NCBI GenBank assembly: GCA_013265495.1 | Contig: MU058463.1 | Location: 4,052,244-4,116,243, forward strand | Direction of reading: 5' to 3' | Length of the DNA stretch: 64,000 bases | Origin: Vicugna vicugna | Taxonomy: Eukaryota | Shown: in pieces, positions 51,799-63,573 of the stretch | Position numbering within the stretch: the first letter of the stretch is position 1 | Layout of the letters: each line of letters starts with the position of its first letter | Made by a program: the position numbers and the translations under genes | The notes under the pieces: generated by a model | What the model was told of the DNA's origin: nothing | The model's input: the letters and a program-made list of their open reading frames with translations, nothing else | Databases searched by the model: none

Positions 51799-54039
51799 GT
51801 AAGTCTTGTCAGCCGTACCTGCCTCATCAAACCATTTCTGAAGCTTTGTTCTGAGTTGTTGATCAGTTATTAATTATTTATCAACTCACCTGACTGGTTT
51901 TACTTAATGAGGATGTTATCCCTTCCCACATTTTTGAAGCACTTAAGCTGTTCTGAGCTAAGGCATTCATTTTTAATCTCATTTTTTTACTAAGTTTAGT
52001 TATTAAAGTATTATATGCATTCTATTCTAATTCCATTATAAGCAAATACATACTATAGGATATATTAAAAACATTTGATTTAAAATTTTCTTTTATAATA
52101 AGCATGACTGTAGTAAGCATCAGTTATAGGGACAACTTTCATTGTTTTACATTGAATTTTTGTTGCTTCGAGATGCCGCAAGAGAACAGACCTGTTTCAC
52201 TGTACCAGTGAGTGAAGGAGAGGCTGTACTGGGCAGGTTTCTTTGTTTCTTTTAAGTGAATTTATTATCCACGAAATGTATGGCAACTCAGGTTTCCGAG
52301 TTTTCTCAAATTGTTGTTTCTTCTCTTGCTTTTGATGTTGTTGTTACTCTTGTTCTTACTAAGTTAAACCAATCATTTGATTCCAGTTCTGCCTTCTAGG
52401 ATTGCTCTAGCCCTTCATCCGTGATAGTAATTCACACTGATCTGGAAAACAGACCCAAACAAATTATGCTTAACTGAGTCTTCCTTTTTCTTAGTAAGCT
52501 CCTGAGGTTTCCCTATAAATTTCTCAAAGCTCCTAATATGACAACAATATGCTCTTCTTGGCCTTCAGTTCACATATTGGCTATGCAGTACATAAACTCA
52601 TTCCCTAAACTGAGATAGTTTATAAAAGCCTCAGCTTACACATCCATTTCTTTGAATTCAAATACATGACCTCTTTGCTTTACTTTAATAAAGTACATTC
52701 ACACTTAGAGCGTTTTCTACAAAAGCTAATTTTTCTATAAAAATACTTTTATAACTGTTACTAGGATTATTTGAGAAAATGCCAGCCTGTTTGTTTTTAT
52801 TAGGAACCAGAGCAGTATATAGTTAGCAAATGATATATTCAGTATGCTAGTATTATCTGTCTTAGGTAAAGCGTATGCAAGAATATAAACTTTTCTAGGT
52901 TTTCACTATGTATTAGGCAAGTTCAATTAATAAAACTAATTAGTTTGTAAGTATAAGTAATATAAAGTTCTAGCTAATCATTTCTATTTCTATATAATAC
53001 TCACTTTAATGTCTCTTAAAAGGAGAAATTCAAGAAAATGTAATAGTGTCATGTGTGAAATAGTTTTTTCTTCATACTTGATAAGCATTATAGAAGAAAG
53101 AGAAGTGAAGACTTAGTTTACATATTTAATGGAGCAACAGACTTTTTACATGTAGATGTACCTAGATTGCAGGACATTTTTAAAGGTAAGGACAAGATAA
53201 TAAACAAAAAGGAAAAAAATAAATAAATAGGCAGAGATTTTATATTTTATATAAAATTTTAAAAGAGAGATTACCCTGATAATGTCATTGTGACAGGAGG
53301 CAAGAGAACTAAGGAATAAAGGACTTTTTTGCTCTACATAAAGGGTCATCGCAAGACTTCTTAAAAACTTCTCTAAAAATGTTTTTATATTACCAAATTA
53401 TTTAATAAAATACTGTAAAACAAGTAAAGACTGTAAGAAAATCAGATTTGTCTCTTTTAAAGGATAATAAGTTTCCAACTGACATTATGTCAATATAATT
53501 TTATGCATATTGTGTCTTAAGTGTTATCAGACCACTACTTCCTTTACCACCATCTTGGAGCAAATTTAAAATCTTGGCCTAGAAATGTCTCAAAAATACC
53601 AGTTTTCTGAATCATGACTTGCCTATACTTAGATCTTCTTACAAACCTTTTATTCTCAGCAGAGTATCGCTGAAGTTTGACTTCCAATTTCCAGAAACCA
53701 GAAGTCTTAATCTTTAGCATAATTAAAAACAAATATGAAATCTAACAATAGTTTAATGTTTTATAAATATATTAGAATTGTAGTAATTACATCATACTAG
53801 GAAAATTAAATGTGGTAGAGTGCTCATTGTTAAGACTACTTGAGTAAGATATCCTTTCCCAAATTTAATGGTCAGCCATCCTGTCAGCATTTTATCTTGC
53901 CTTCTACAAGATGGCTTATTCATACTGAACTTCCCTTTACTAGTTGGTAAAATGAGAATCATTTTTGTCTTGTAGTTTTATGATTCTAAAGTAAAATACT
54001 ATGTATAGAAGACCATATTTATTACTTCTTGCTTATGCT

Positions 54040-54240
54040 GATCATCCCCTATGCACTACTGTCCTTGAGCACTTTAGTACATCCTCATTTGAGAGTAATG
54101 TCTCCATTTTACAGTTAAAGAAACAGTGGCTTAAAGAGGATAAATGATAAGGCCTAGAAACATACACGGTAAATGTTGGACCGTGAGGCCAGTTCTACCG
54201 ACTACAGAGGCCATGGTTTTAAATACCTGGCTTTACCTAC
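54040..54240 (-). mobile_element. MIR SINE
   Basis: ctccattttacagttaaagaaacagtggcttaaagagg. Confidence 0.6.
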
Positions 54241-56629
54241 TAATAATGCAAACATCTGTTCTTTAATGTATAGTTTTAAATTTTCTGTTTGAATTTAGTT
54301 CTAGCATCTAGAGTATTAGCTTTGTTTGGATTGGTTGTTTTCCATTATGTAGTTTAAGAATGTAGCATAGTTTGAAAGGAAAAGATTTCCTAATTACTAT
54401 GACTCAAGCTCCCAGCTAAGTAGGAAGCTCTACAAAGACACACATAAACTGCCCCACGTGTCAACTTTATCAGCATGATTATCAGTATTTCTTTAGTTTT
54501 TTTCCCCCGTGAAGCATAGGGTTTTTCAAACTAATTTTTGGAATTGAAAATAACCTGCCACATTAAATTAATTTGGTAATTTTTTAATTAGCAAAATTAT
54601 TTTATACATGCACACATACATATATATACTTAGAAATTATTTCAACAGTTATGCTAGTGAAATGGAATAATTACAGAAATGAAAGTTACAATTTTCCTTG
54701 CTTTTCCTTATGTGTAAATGTACAAAGGCATGAGAGAGAAGTGCGTGTATTAACTTTTTCTTTACTGTTCTATGACTTACTTCTCTTACTTCAAAATTGT
54801 TTATGTCATTTTTACAATTGATAATCAATTGGGCAGTAAGTTTCTAGTGGATTGAGGTGGGGAATTATATCATTGCCTGCTTTCTTTTAAGAATATTACA
54901 GCCTTTGTTCTCATTATCTTTTCTCTTCCCTTTTAAAAGCATCATTTTAAGTCCCATATCCTCTGATAATATCTTTCACTTTATAAGCATTCAGAAAGTG
55001 TTTATTGACGGTCAGTACCTAAGATTATCCCTTCTTGAGTGTAAACCATGAATTTAAGGTCATGTGTTTCTTCTTATCTAATGACCAGTATTCCAGCATT
55101 TACTCAGAGTACATCTTCAAAATAGAGAAAGAATATTTCAGTAGAAATTAAATCTAGCTTAAATGATGTGATATCTAATAATTCTGTTTATACTGATTGA
55201 ATTCTACACAAGGTCCTCCAGCTGAAAAACTGTATTTCACATGACAGTGTTTAACATAATCATTTTCTAGCTGCTGTCCGAGAAGCTAAATAATTTCCCT
55301 TTTTTGTAGAAAACAAAGGTAAATAGAGCATTAAGACAATTTACAGTTCTCCCCGAGATTTTAAACATGTAACATATATTTATCAAAGTTCATCGTACTG
55401 TCAAGCCCAGATGTGAGTTCTAGGTTACCTTGCAACAAGGATTTTTCTGTTATACCCACATATCACGTTCTCACCTGAGACAGAAATTTACTAAATATGA
55501 CAAAAGAGTCCACTTAAGTATCAATATGCATATTGATTCACATTCAAGAATGCTAACATATAATAAAGCACTGTATTTACTTACTTAGCTTGTAGAAATG
55601 TAGTGATGGAAAGACTTGAAGCTCAATTCCCCCCCCCCCAGCCACTCACTGGCTTTAGTTAAGTCACTTGATACTTCTGAGCCCTTTTTACCTCATGAGG
55701 TGCCTCATTAACATTACCTGCTGATACTCTTACTGCCTTTTGATGCAAACCTTTAACATCTCTCATGCTCCGAGGAAGATGAAAAGAAATCACAGTCTTG
55801 GAGAGAGCAGAGTTCTCTGTGGAGTGAGCTGCAGGAAGGAATTTAGAAAGGGACCAGTGAAGTTTCCTAGCTCCTCCTCAGTACATTTTCACAGCCTGAC
55901 TTCATTTGTTTTGAGATTAATTATTCATATGGTAGCAGCATATTCAGATGTTAGTGTGAGTGTTAGTATAAAAGACAGGTTTGTTTCTGAGACTGAGACA
56001 CCATTCTTATCCTGGATTGTAATCACAGCCCAGAATCTGTTCACGTGTTTGCTTGCCTGCTGTGAGCTGTGGCACTTGACTTAGGAAAGAGACCTGTGTT
56101 TTAATCTCCAATTAATTTTGTGACCCTAAGTTGATTTCTGAGATCCTTTCGCTTTTTATAATTTTTATCAAAAAAGCTATATGACGATATCAACAAAGAT
56201 TTTTTAACATCAAATATTCAAGTTCAATAACATTTTCCATACTTGAACCTATAACATCTGTCACAATGGCCAATGTGTTTATTTCAGTTTGGCCCTGTCA
56301 TCCCTGGCATGCCTACAAATCATTTTTATTTCACAGGCCAAGATTTGTCTTCACTCAGAGTCACCATCTTCTTGCCGCAGGAAAGCTTTGACCCATGTTC
56401 CTTTGCCTCTTCATCAGCCTCCACTTCACCCTCAAACTTAAACCGAAGAGGACACTGCTGTTGTTTCTAAGACAGTGTCCCCTGATGCATCTGCTTGCTT
56501 TCTCCTGACTAGAGCTGACCTCTTCTCTCTCCCTTTGCTCTTGTCTCCTTATTGGCTCCCAAGTGTATTCCACACTTCATTACCCTTTTTCTTCAGATGG
56601 GTCATTTATTACTCTTCCATCATCTATTT

Positions 56630-57345
56630 ACCTGCTTGTTAAATATCTACTCTATGCTGGGTTATAGGGACCAGTAACATAAAGAAAATGTCGTCATTAA
56701 TCTTGAAGGGCTTTTGTAATATTGTAGAAGGCAGCCATTGTTTAAAAAAAAATAATGGCAATATTTGAAGTCTGCAGGAGCAATCATCACAGGATGTATC
56801 GGAAATACAGGAGAAAAAGCTTCTGGCTCAGCTAGGAAAGTTTAGAGAAGGCATTCAAAAAAGATATGGCCTCTAATCAGAGTGTTGAAAGACTCGGGAA
56901 CTTATCAGGCAGCAGTGGGGGTGGGGAAGGTGGTTACAGGAGTATTCCCACTATGAGAATAGCATGAGCTATGTTATAGAGATCCGTTGACTCAACAAAT
57001 ATTTATTGAGCACAATCTGCATGTCAGGCACTATTCTAAGCACTAGTCATGCAGAGTGTCCAGTCTGGGAGGCTTTCACACTCATCCAGGTGAGAAATGA
57101 TGGTGGCTTTACCAGAGTGGTAGCCAAAGAGACGGTATGAAATCATGGAATACTGGGTATATTTTAAAGAAGAATCAACAGGATTTGCTTACAGATTGAA
57201 TAAGCAATGAGAAAATCAAAATAGTACAAGGTAGATCTAAGTTTTTTCCCTAGGCATTTGGAAGAATGTAATTTCCATTGACTGTAGGGACTGCAAGAGA
57301 GTCAGGGTTGGTGGTCAGTAACAAAGGCTTAATTTTGGACATTAT
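56630..57345 (-). mobile_element. L2 fragments (including 3' ends)
   Basis: tcaacaaatatttattgagcac…gtcaggcactattctaagcac; tccaggtgagaaatgatggtggc…ggatttgct. Confidence 0.65.
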
Positions 57346-58035
57346 ATTGCTCCACTTAAAGTTATTACAAAATGATGGCTATATTTCCCTGTCTGTCCAG
57401 TATATCCTTGTTTCTTTTTTATTTTATACATAGTAGTTTGTGTCTCTTAATCCCATACCCCTATCTTGCCCCTACCGTTTCCCTCTTCCCAGTAGTAACC
57501 ATTAATTCTGTCTGTTTGTTTTGTTATATATATTTGTTTGTTTTTTTTTTTTTAGATTCCACATATAAGTAATAACAAAGTATTAGTCTTTCTTTGTCTG
57601 ACTCATTTCACTAAGCATTATAGCCTCTAGGTTCATTGACAGTGTTGCAAATAGCAGAATTTCATTCTTTTTTGTGGCTGAGTAATGTTCTGTTGTATAT
57701 ATTTCACCCCACACCTATCAAAATGGTTATCATCAAAAAGTCTACTAATAGCAAATATTGGCAAGGATGTGGAGAAAACGGAACCCTCGTACACTATTGG
57801 TGGAATTGTAAATTGATGCAGCCACTGTGGAAAACAGTATGGAGTTTCCTCAAAAAACTAAAAATAGAACTACCATATAATCCAGCAAATCCACTGGGTA
57901 ATATATCCAAAGAAAACAAAAACACTTATTCAAAAAGACACATGCACTCCAGTATTGATAGAAGAATTATTTGTAATTGCCAAGATATGGAAGAAACCTA
58001 CGTGTTCATCAACAGATGAGTGGATATAAAAAGAT
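57345..58035. mobile_element. L1 3' fragment with internal inversion (minus 57345-57702; plus 57703-58035 encoding the ORF2 C-terminal Cys-rich end)
   Basis: The plus part translates HPTPIKMVIIKKSTNSKYWQGCGENGTLVHYWWNCKLMQPLWKTVWSFLKKLKIELPYNPA (L1 ORF2 C-terminus). The left part is antisense L1 3'UTR. Confidence 0.85.
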
Positions 58036-58090
58036 CATTGCTTCATTATCAACACTGAAAAGCGTATATGCCACCTTCTTAATCTCAAGA

Positions 58091-58124
58091 CTGCAGTTTT
58101 GTGTACTGCCACCGGATGGCAACA
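58091..58124 (+). promoter_or_regulatory. Candidate extended CTCF site (upstream U motif plus core)
   Basis: CTGCAGTTTT-GTGTA-CTG-CCACCGGATGGCAACA. Confidence 0.5.
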
Positions 58125-59379
58125 GGCACCTTGATTTCCAGCCCCCCACCCCAACATCCCCTATGTCCCCAGTGTATTGTCCCAGTAACAAGGTCAGGGT
58201 CCTGATACTCACAGCAAAACCACAATTTGTCTTTGTCAAACTGAAATGACAATGCTTTCCTTATTAAAAAGTAAGTTATACTGTTTTATTATTGTCATTA
58301 GCCTAGAGAATAATTCTTTTTAAATACAATATACAATGATCTCAGAGTTTCAGTGACCAGAGAATGAATGAAGTACCCCATGGAACTTGATACTTGGGAT
58401 TAAAAACAAAGAAGACAAAGAATAAATGATGTGTAAAGAGCCATATTGTTAATAAGGAGATATTTTATTCCAAACAAACAGCATTGACTTCAAATAAGTA
58501 CTGGAGTAAAGATTTGCTTCTTCTGTTGTTTTAAATGCTATTCTTCTTAGTGCATAACTTTATTATGCACAAAAAAAGAATCAAAATTCTACAGAGATGG
58601 ATTTAATAATTAGTTGTTTTGTCTATAAGGCAAGATTTAAAAGAACATGATTAAACTCCATCAAGTGTCTAAAAGTCAATCAATTTTTTTTCCTTTGTGC
58701 ATAGATAGTAATATATCTCTTTAAAGATTACTTTCCTTTTTAAATTGAAAGATATGAATCTTTTAAAAAGTTAACTATTTCGAAGTATTTTAAACACGAG
58801 CAAATTTTGTAAAATTTAAATGTGTAGAACAAGTGTTGTGTGCAATCACAGTTTAATTTCTTTAGGCATTTAAAAATAACCTTTTTTAAGACTTTCAAAA
58901 ATGTTTCTTCTTACTCATTCTGAATCATACCTGGGAATCCAATCTCTTTAAGCTTTGTAACCTATTGAAAAGACTTAAGGCTATTTTGGCTTCAAAACCT
59001 TTTCCAGGAGTTTATCCTAAAACCTTTAACATCTTATCCTTCAAGTGTCCTTGTAGTTTGCACATTATGTTATGGGCACTTTCAATTAAGATAGTACCCT
59101 GATTTCCTGCTCCTGTATCCTCTTGCAAAACCCAGTCTTCACAGATTTTAGTGACCAGCCTACAAGACTGGCAGTTTGAATTGCCCTTGAATTCCAGTCA
59201 AAAGTTGACACTTTCCTAACTGACATTTTCAGTGAGAGTTGCAGACTATGTATTATATGAGATTGAAATAATATAAGAACTCCTTTTGCAGTGCCTGATA
59301 ACCTTTGAGTTCTATAGACTTTAAAAAGAAGGATGTTCAAAGATATTAAAATTTTAACATTTTTTAACTTAAAGACGAT

Positions 59380-59940
59380 TTGATAGCATGTATGTCCCAT
59401 CTCTCCATCCACTCGTACCATTCTCTCTTTAACCAACTGTGAGGGGTCTTTGCATTTGTCCTTATCCACAGAAATTGCACTAATCAGTCTTTGACTTTTG
59501 TTTTGCTAAGTTGAGTTGTCAACTCTAGGATCTCATTTTACTTGCTCTATCAGCAGTGTTTGACAGGGTTGATCTTTATTTCCTGAAACACCTTCTTCCT
59601 TTGCCTGCTGGGTATTTCCTACCTCAGCTGTTCATTTTCAGGCTCTTTTCTGCATCCTCCTCTATTCTGTATTCCTAGGACTGTGCCAGGGCTTTGGTCT
59701 CTTCTAGACCCAACTTCCTAACGTCTTATCCAGGCGTGGAGTATTATCCAACATCCGCATGCTTGTAGCTCCCAAGTTTACCACCACTCAGTCTGGTGTC
59801 TGTTAATGTGTTCCTCGTCTCTCTCCTTTTACTGGAAGCTTCATAAGAGCAAGGACTTCATTTTGTTCATCATTTTATCCTCAATTCCTAGGAAAATGTC
59901 TGACACATATTTCACACTCAGTGCCTTATATGGAATGACT
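59380..59940 (+). mobile_element. L2 LINE fragment
   Basis: atctcattttacttgctctatcagcagtgtttgacagggttgatc…; ggaagcttcataagagcaaggac… 3' end. Confidence 0.6.
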
Positions 59941-60959
59941 TCTTGGTTTATGGGTAGTTCACCTTTAACCTTGGCCATAAGCATGAATAAGTCAGCTATT
60001 AACTTTTTCTGTTTTGAGAAGAGTAGATGTTGTATTTATTTTTTTATTTCAATAATATTAAGAAAGTTATCTCCTTATAACCTGAATTTATTTTAGCTCA
60101 GTTGATTACATTTATTTTAAATGGCAGGAGTTAAAATTTTAAATAGTGGTTTTATTTTCAGATTTTGATAGAGTTTTTTTTAGCATATTGCTTTTAAAAG
60201 ACTAATAAAGGTTCTGTTAATTCTTTGAAAAAAGATAATTTTTAAAATTTTAAGTACTTCATTTTCTGCATGGTAGATCATTAATGTGTCTAACATTTTC
60301 AGTGACTTGTGGGTTTTTGTTTTTTTTTTTTTGCTTTGTGTTGTGAAAATTTTTAGAAACAAAATTTTGTATCTCATAATAGGATTTAGAAAACAAACAC
60401 TAAATATTGAAATTAGCACTAGCATTTTTTCCTGAAGATGGACTCAAAAAAGTAGTCAACCATAACTGTCATCTAGGGTCCATTCTGAGATACATACTGG
60501 AAAAATTATGGTCATGTGTCCATATAGAAAACCAGGTGATAATAGGTTAAACTGTAAGTAACATTTCTTTATCTCCTACCATTTATCAAAAAATAATTTA
60601 CTTATAAACTTCCATTTATAAGTAAATGAGCACCAAATTAAAGAAAACTGAGTTAAAGAAGTATTAGTCTAAAAAGAAATGCTCAGATTTGATTTATCAG
60701 TGCTGTGAATGTTACTTAACTTTTAAACTAACACATTTGGCACTGTCATTATTAGTCTAAATTAATTAATTTGACCTTTGTTTTCAGTTTTAATTTTAGA
60801 GAACTATAAATTTGTTGAAAAATTTAGCAGAATATAAACTTTTATAACAGTTAATAGGTGCGCATACCATTTGAAATGCTTTGTTTCTGCTTGTGTTCTC
60901 TGCTAAATTTTTTTTCCATTGAATCTGTGCTGCTTCTTTGCCGATGTTTTCCACTGTAG

Positions 60960-61061
60960 AATCTCCATCTCGCAACCTTGCTTCTCGCGAGCGCATTTAC
61001 AAAAATTATGCTGTAGCTGGGCCTGCCTCTGCTCTCTCATCTCTGTCTCACAAACTGAAGG
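60960..61061 (+). CDS. MYCBP2: MYCBP2 alternative cassette exon, 102 nt ((K/E)SPSRNLASRERIYKNYAVAGPASALSSLSHKLK-G)
   Basis: extended pyrimidine tract then ctgtag|AA; AAGG|gtgggt donor; 34 codons, symmetric phase 1-1, open in the MYCBP2 frame (a different frame from the ORF-track call). Confidence 0.8.
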
Positions 61062-61832
61062 GTGGGTATGCGTGCGTTCACGGATGGGCCATTCCGAATG
61101 AACACAGGTCTCAATAAAGACGTGTTAGTTCACCTCAGTCATTCTCATCCCATTCCATTTTTTAAGATTAAAGTTTATCATTTTATTTAAAATTTGATAT
61201 TTTGGGATAATTTGTGATGTAACTGTTCAGTATTGTAGTATTGATTATCCTAATTGATATGCATGTTTACTCTATCTGCAGGTTATAAATAGTACTGTTA
61301 TTTAATTTCAAACCTATATGAGGTCTTAAAAAATAAATTATGTAGAAATAAATGCCTTTGGGGAGTTGTAAAACCGTTATTATCAGAACAAGGTGGTATA
61401 TGTGTAAGCCATAAAGCACCTTATGACCTATGAGAACATAGTATCTCATGTGACAGTTTAACCTTAGACGCATTTTTATGTTATGTAATATGAAGATCAT
61501 TTTCGTATTTTAGGTTTTTATGAGAAACAATTTGGTAATTAAGTTTTTTAATTTAGTTTACTTTTCAAGGATGTCCTGTCTGGCATGGGTCTTCCTTATA
61601 GTATTTTCTTAAGTTACTTAGTTTTAATATTTTAAACTTAGAAATGTTTAGACTATTGACAGTTGGTAAAATGTCAGACAATTTTAAAATGTGCTTTGGT
61701 TTTTTAAAATACTATAGATGCCTCATCACATATTTTTGTCTTAAAGTATTATTTAGTTAAACTTTTAAAAACCTGTGTTCTTAGAAATGGATAAAACAGT
61801 TTTTACATCTCTCCTTTGTACAGTTGACAGAG

Positions 61833-61975
61833 GTACTATGTAGTATTATGGTATAATTATAATACCTGGCTTCTGTAGTATATAGTGTTATGTGAGCTGA
61901 TACGTAGTACATACTACGACATACCGTATTACGGTACAGTACTATATTATGTTGTATTATAGGATGGTATCATGT
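61833..61975. repeat. Degenerate period-5 (TAGTA/TACTA/TATTA-like) repeat containing two short perfect inverted repeats
   Basis: gtactatgtagtattatggtata…cgtagtacatactacgacataccgtattacggtacagtactatattatg. Confidence 0.6.
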
Positions 61976-63534
61976 AACCCTTTATTCATAATTTTGACAT
62001 GAAAAGAATTATGAAGGTTATTAATGAATGAATACTTAATATGTAACATTTTTATTAATTTTTTTGAATGTGCTAAATTTTTATCCTTTCCTGAATTATT
62101 TTTCCTTCAGAATTCTTTTGAGATTCAAAAAAGTGTCACTTAAACTTACACATGATAAACATAAACATTAAACAAAATTAAGTGATGAATGTGAAAGTAT
62201 TTGTCATCTAAAGCTTTTGACAAAATGTCTGTTTATAGATACTTCAAGCAGCCACAACATGACCATTTTTAGTAATACTACCTGCCTCAAAACTTTTGAA
62301 ACCCAAATGAAGAAGATAAACATCAATTAGCTATCATATGGGTTTATCAAACTTAACTAACTTGACATATGCATTTTTTTAAATATAAGAAATATATTTT
62401 GGAAAAGTAAAATTTTCAGCAGGATTTAGTTGTAATTTGACAAATACATCTCAGGAAGTAAGCTCATTATTTATGTGCCTAGAGTCCAACAGGTATTCAA
62501 CCGTCACCACTTACAGATCTTAAAAAAGTATTCACCATTACTCGAAGCATAGGAACAAGGTATACAGCTGCCGTATTTTTCTAACCCTCTCGCTGTGATG
62601 AACATTTTTGCTAGCATCAGACAATCAATGTTCCTGATATTTGAAAGATTCAGTTGTTTCACTAACCACAGAGGGTATTTCCCTTATGAGTATTTGTGCA
62701 TCATTAATTTAGAAAGCAAACCTCTTTCAATTCATGAATTGATCTTTTAGAGAGAGGAATGCCAGATATAAAAGATTTACTACTTATTTGTCTAGATTCA
62801 CCATGATGTGTGGTTCAGCTTATGAAATAAATGTGATGATGAAGGTGTTTCCAGCTACTAGCATAATAACAAAAACTAGTGCTCCAGATATCACTCATCA
62901 GAATTAGTGGCAAGGACTAGACTGATGTTTAATTCTGCCAAATACAATATATTGGTTTATAAAATCTGACCCTTACAGAACAATGGCTACTGTCACCTCT
63001 GCCCTCTGGCCGTGGGAGCCATTAAAGTAAAAAGTAAATTTTCAGAGAATCTGAAGATTTATGACTAGCAGAAGAAAAAAAAATAAGAAAATAGGAATTT
63101 GTTTACTCATTTAACAGATATTTATTGGACACTTACCGTACTGACCCATTCTTGACATTACATCAGTGAAGAGTAGTAACAGACAAGGATACAGCCCTCG
63201 CAGGCCTTCCATCAGGAGGCAGGCTCTCCGGCAATACTCTCTTGTGGTGCAGATAGCTAGGGTGCGAGTGTAAACACACACACGTGCAAGAGAGCCAAAA
63301 AACACTTCCCAATGTTATCCAAATTTCTTCATATTCCTTTTTTAAAAAAGAAAGAACTACAGTATAACCAGTTAACAGATTCATCTCAATTTACTAAGTG
63401 CCCTTTTTCAAAAAATATAAATGCTTTTAGCAAGGTTTATGGATTTTCAGTTTTTCATACCACTTGAATCATTTCAGTCAGGTTGCTTTCCTCCTAACAG
63501 TGAACTAATATCACTTGTACTAAGGGCAGGAATT

Positions 63535-63573
63535 TTTATTTTAGGGAGGATTATCTTTCCTCCCTAAAATAAA
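63535..63573. repeat. Perfect 16-bp inverted repeat with 7-nt spacer
   Basis: TTTATTTTAGGGAGGA-TTATCTT-TCCTCCCTAAAATAAA. Confidence 0.9.

Larger units (their letters stand above)
1354..61061 (+). other. MYCBP2: MYCBP2 (PAM/PHR1) E3 ubiquitin ligase gene, internal segment (19 core exons plus 3 cassette exons visible; gene extends beyond both window ends)
   Basis: Spliced exon translations give continuous, recognisable MYCBP2 peptide (…GQIPQILYYRSEFDGDLQSQLLSKAN…ESEHPYKPA…YSFEELRF…DYGLGNNK). All exon phases are mutually consistent. Confidence 0.97.

Noticed and set aside
57636..58019. 127-aa ORF as a novel nested gene
   Set aside because: Chimera across an L1 inversion junction; the C-terminal part is frameshifted L1 ORF2
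1354..61061. U12-type (minor spliceosome) introns
   Set aside because: No traced donor matches RTATCCTT; all are U2-type GT, plus one GC
60919..61101. Cys-rich 60-aa ORF from the track
   Set aside because: Alternative frame overlapping the 102-nt MYCBP2 cassette exon; no ATG start, and splice phases favour the other frame
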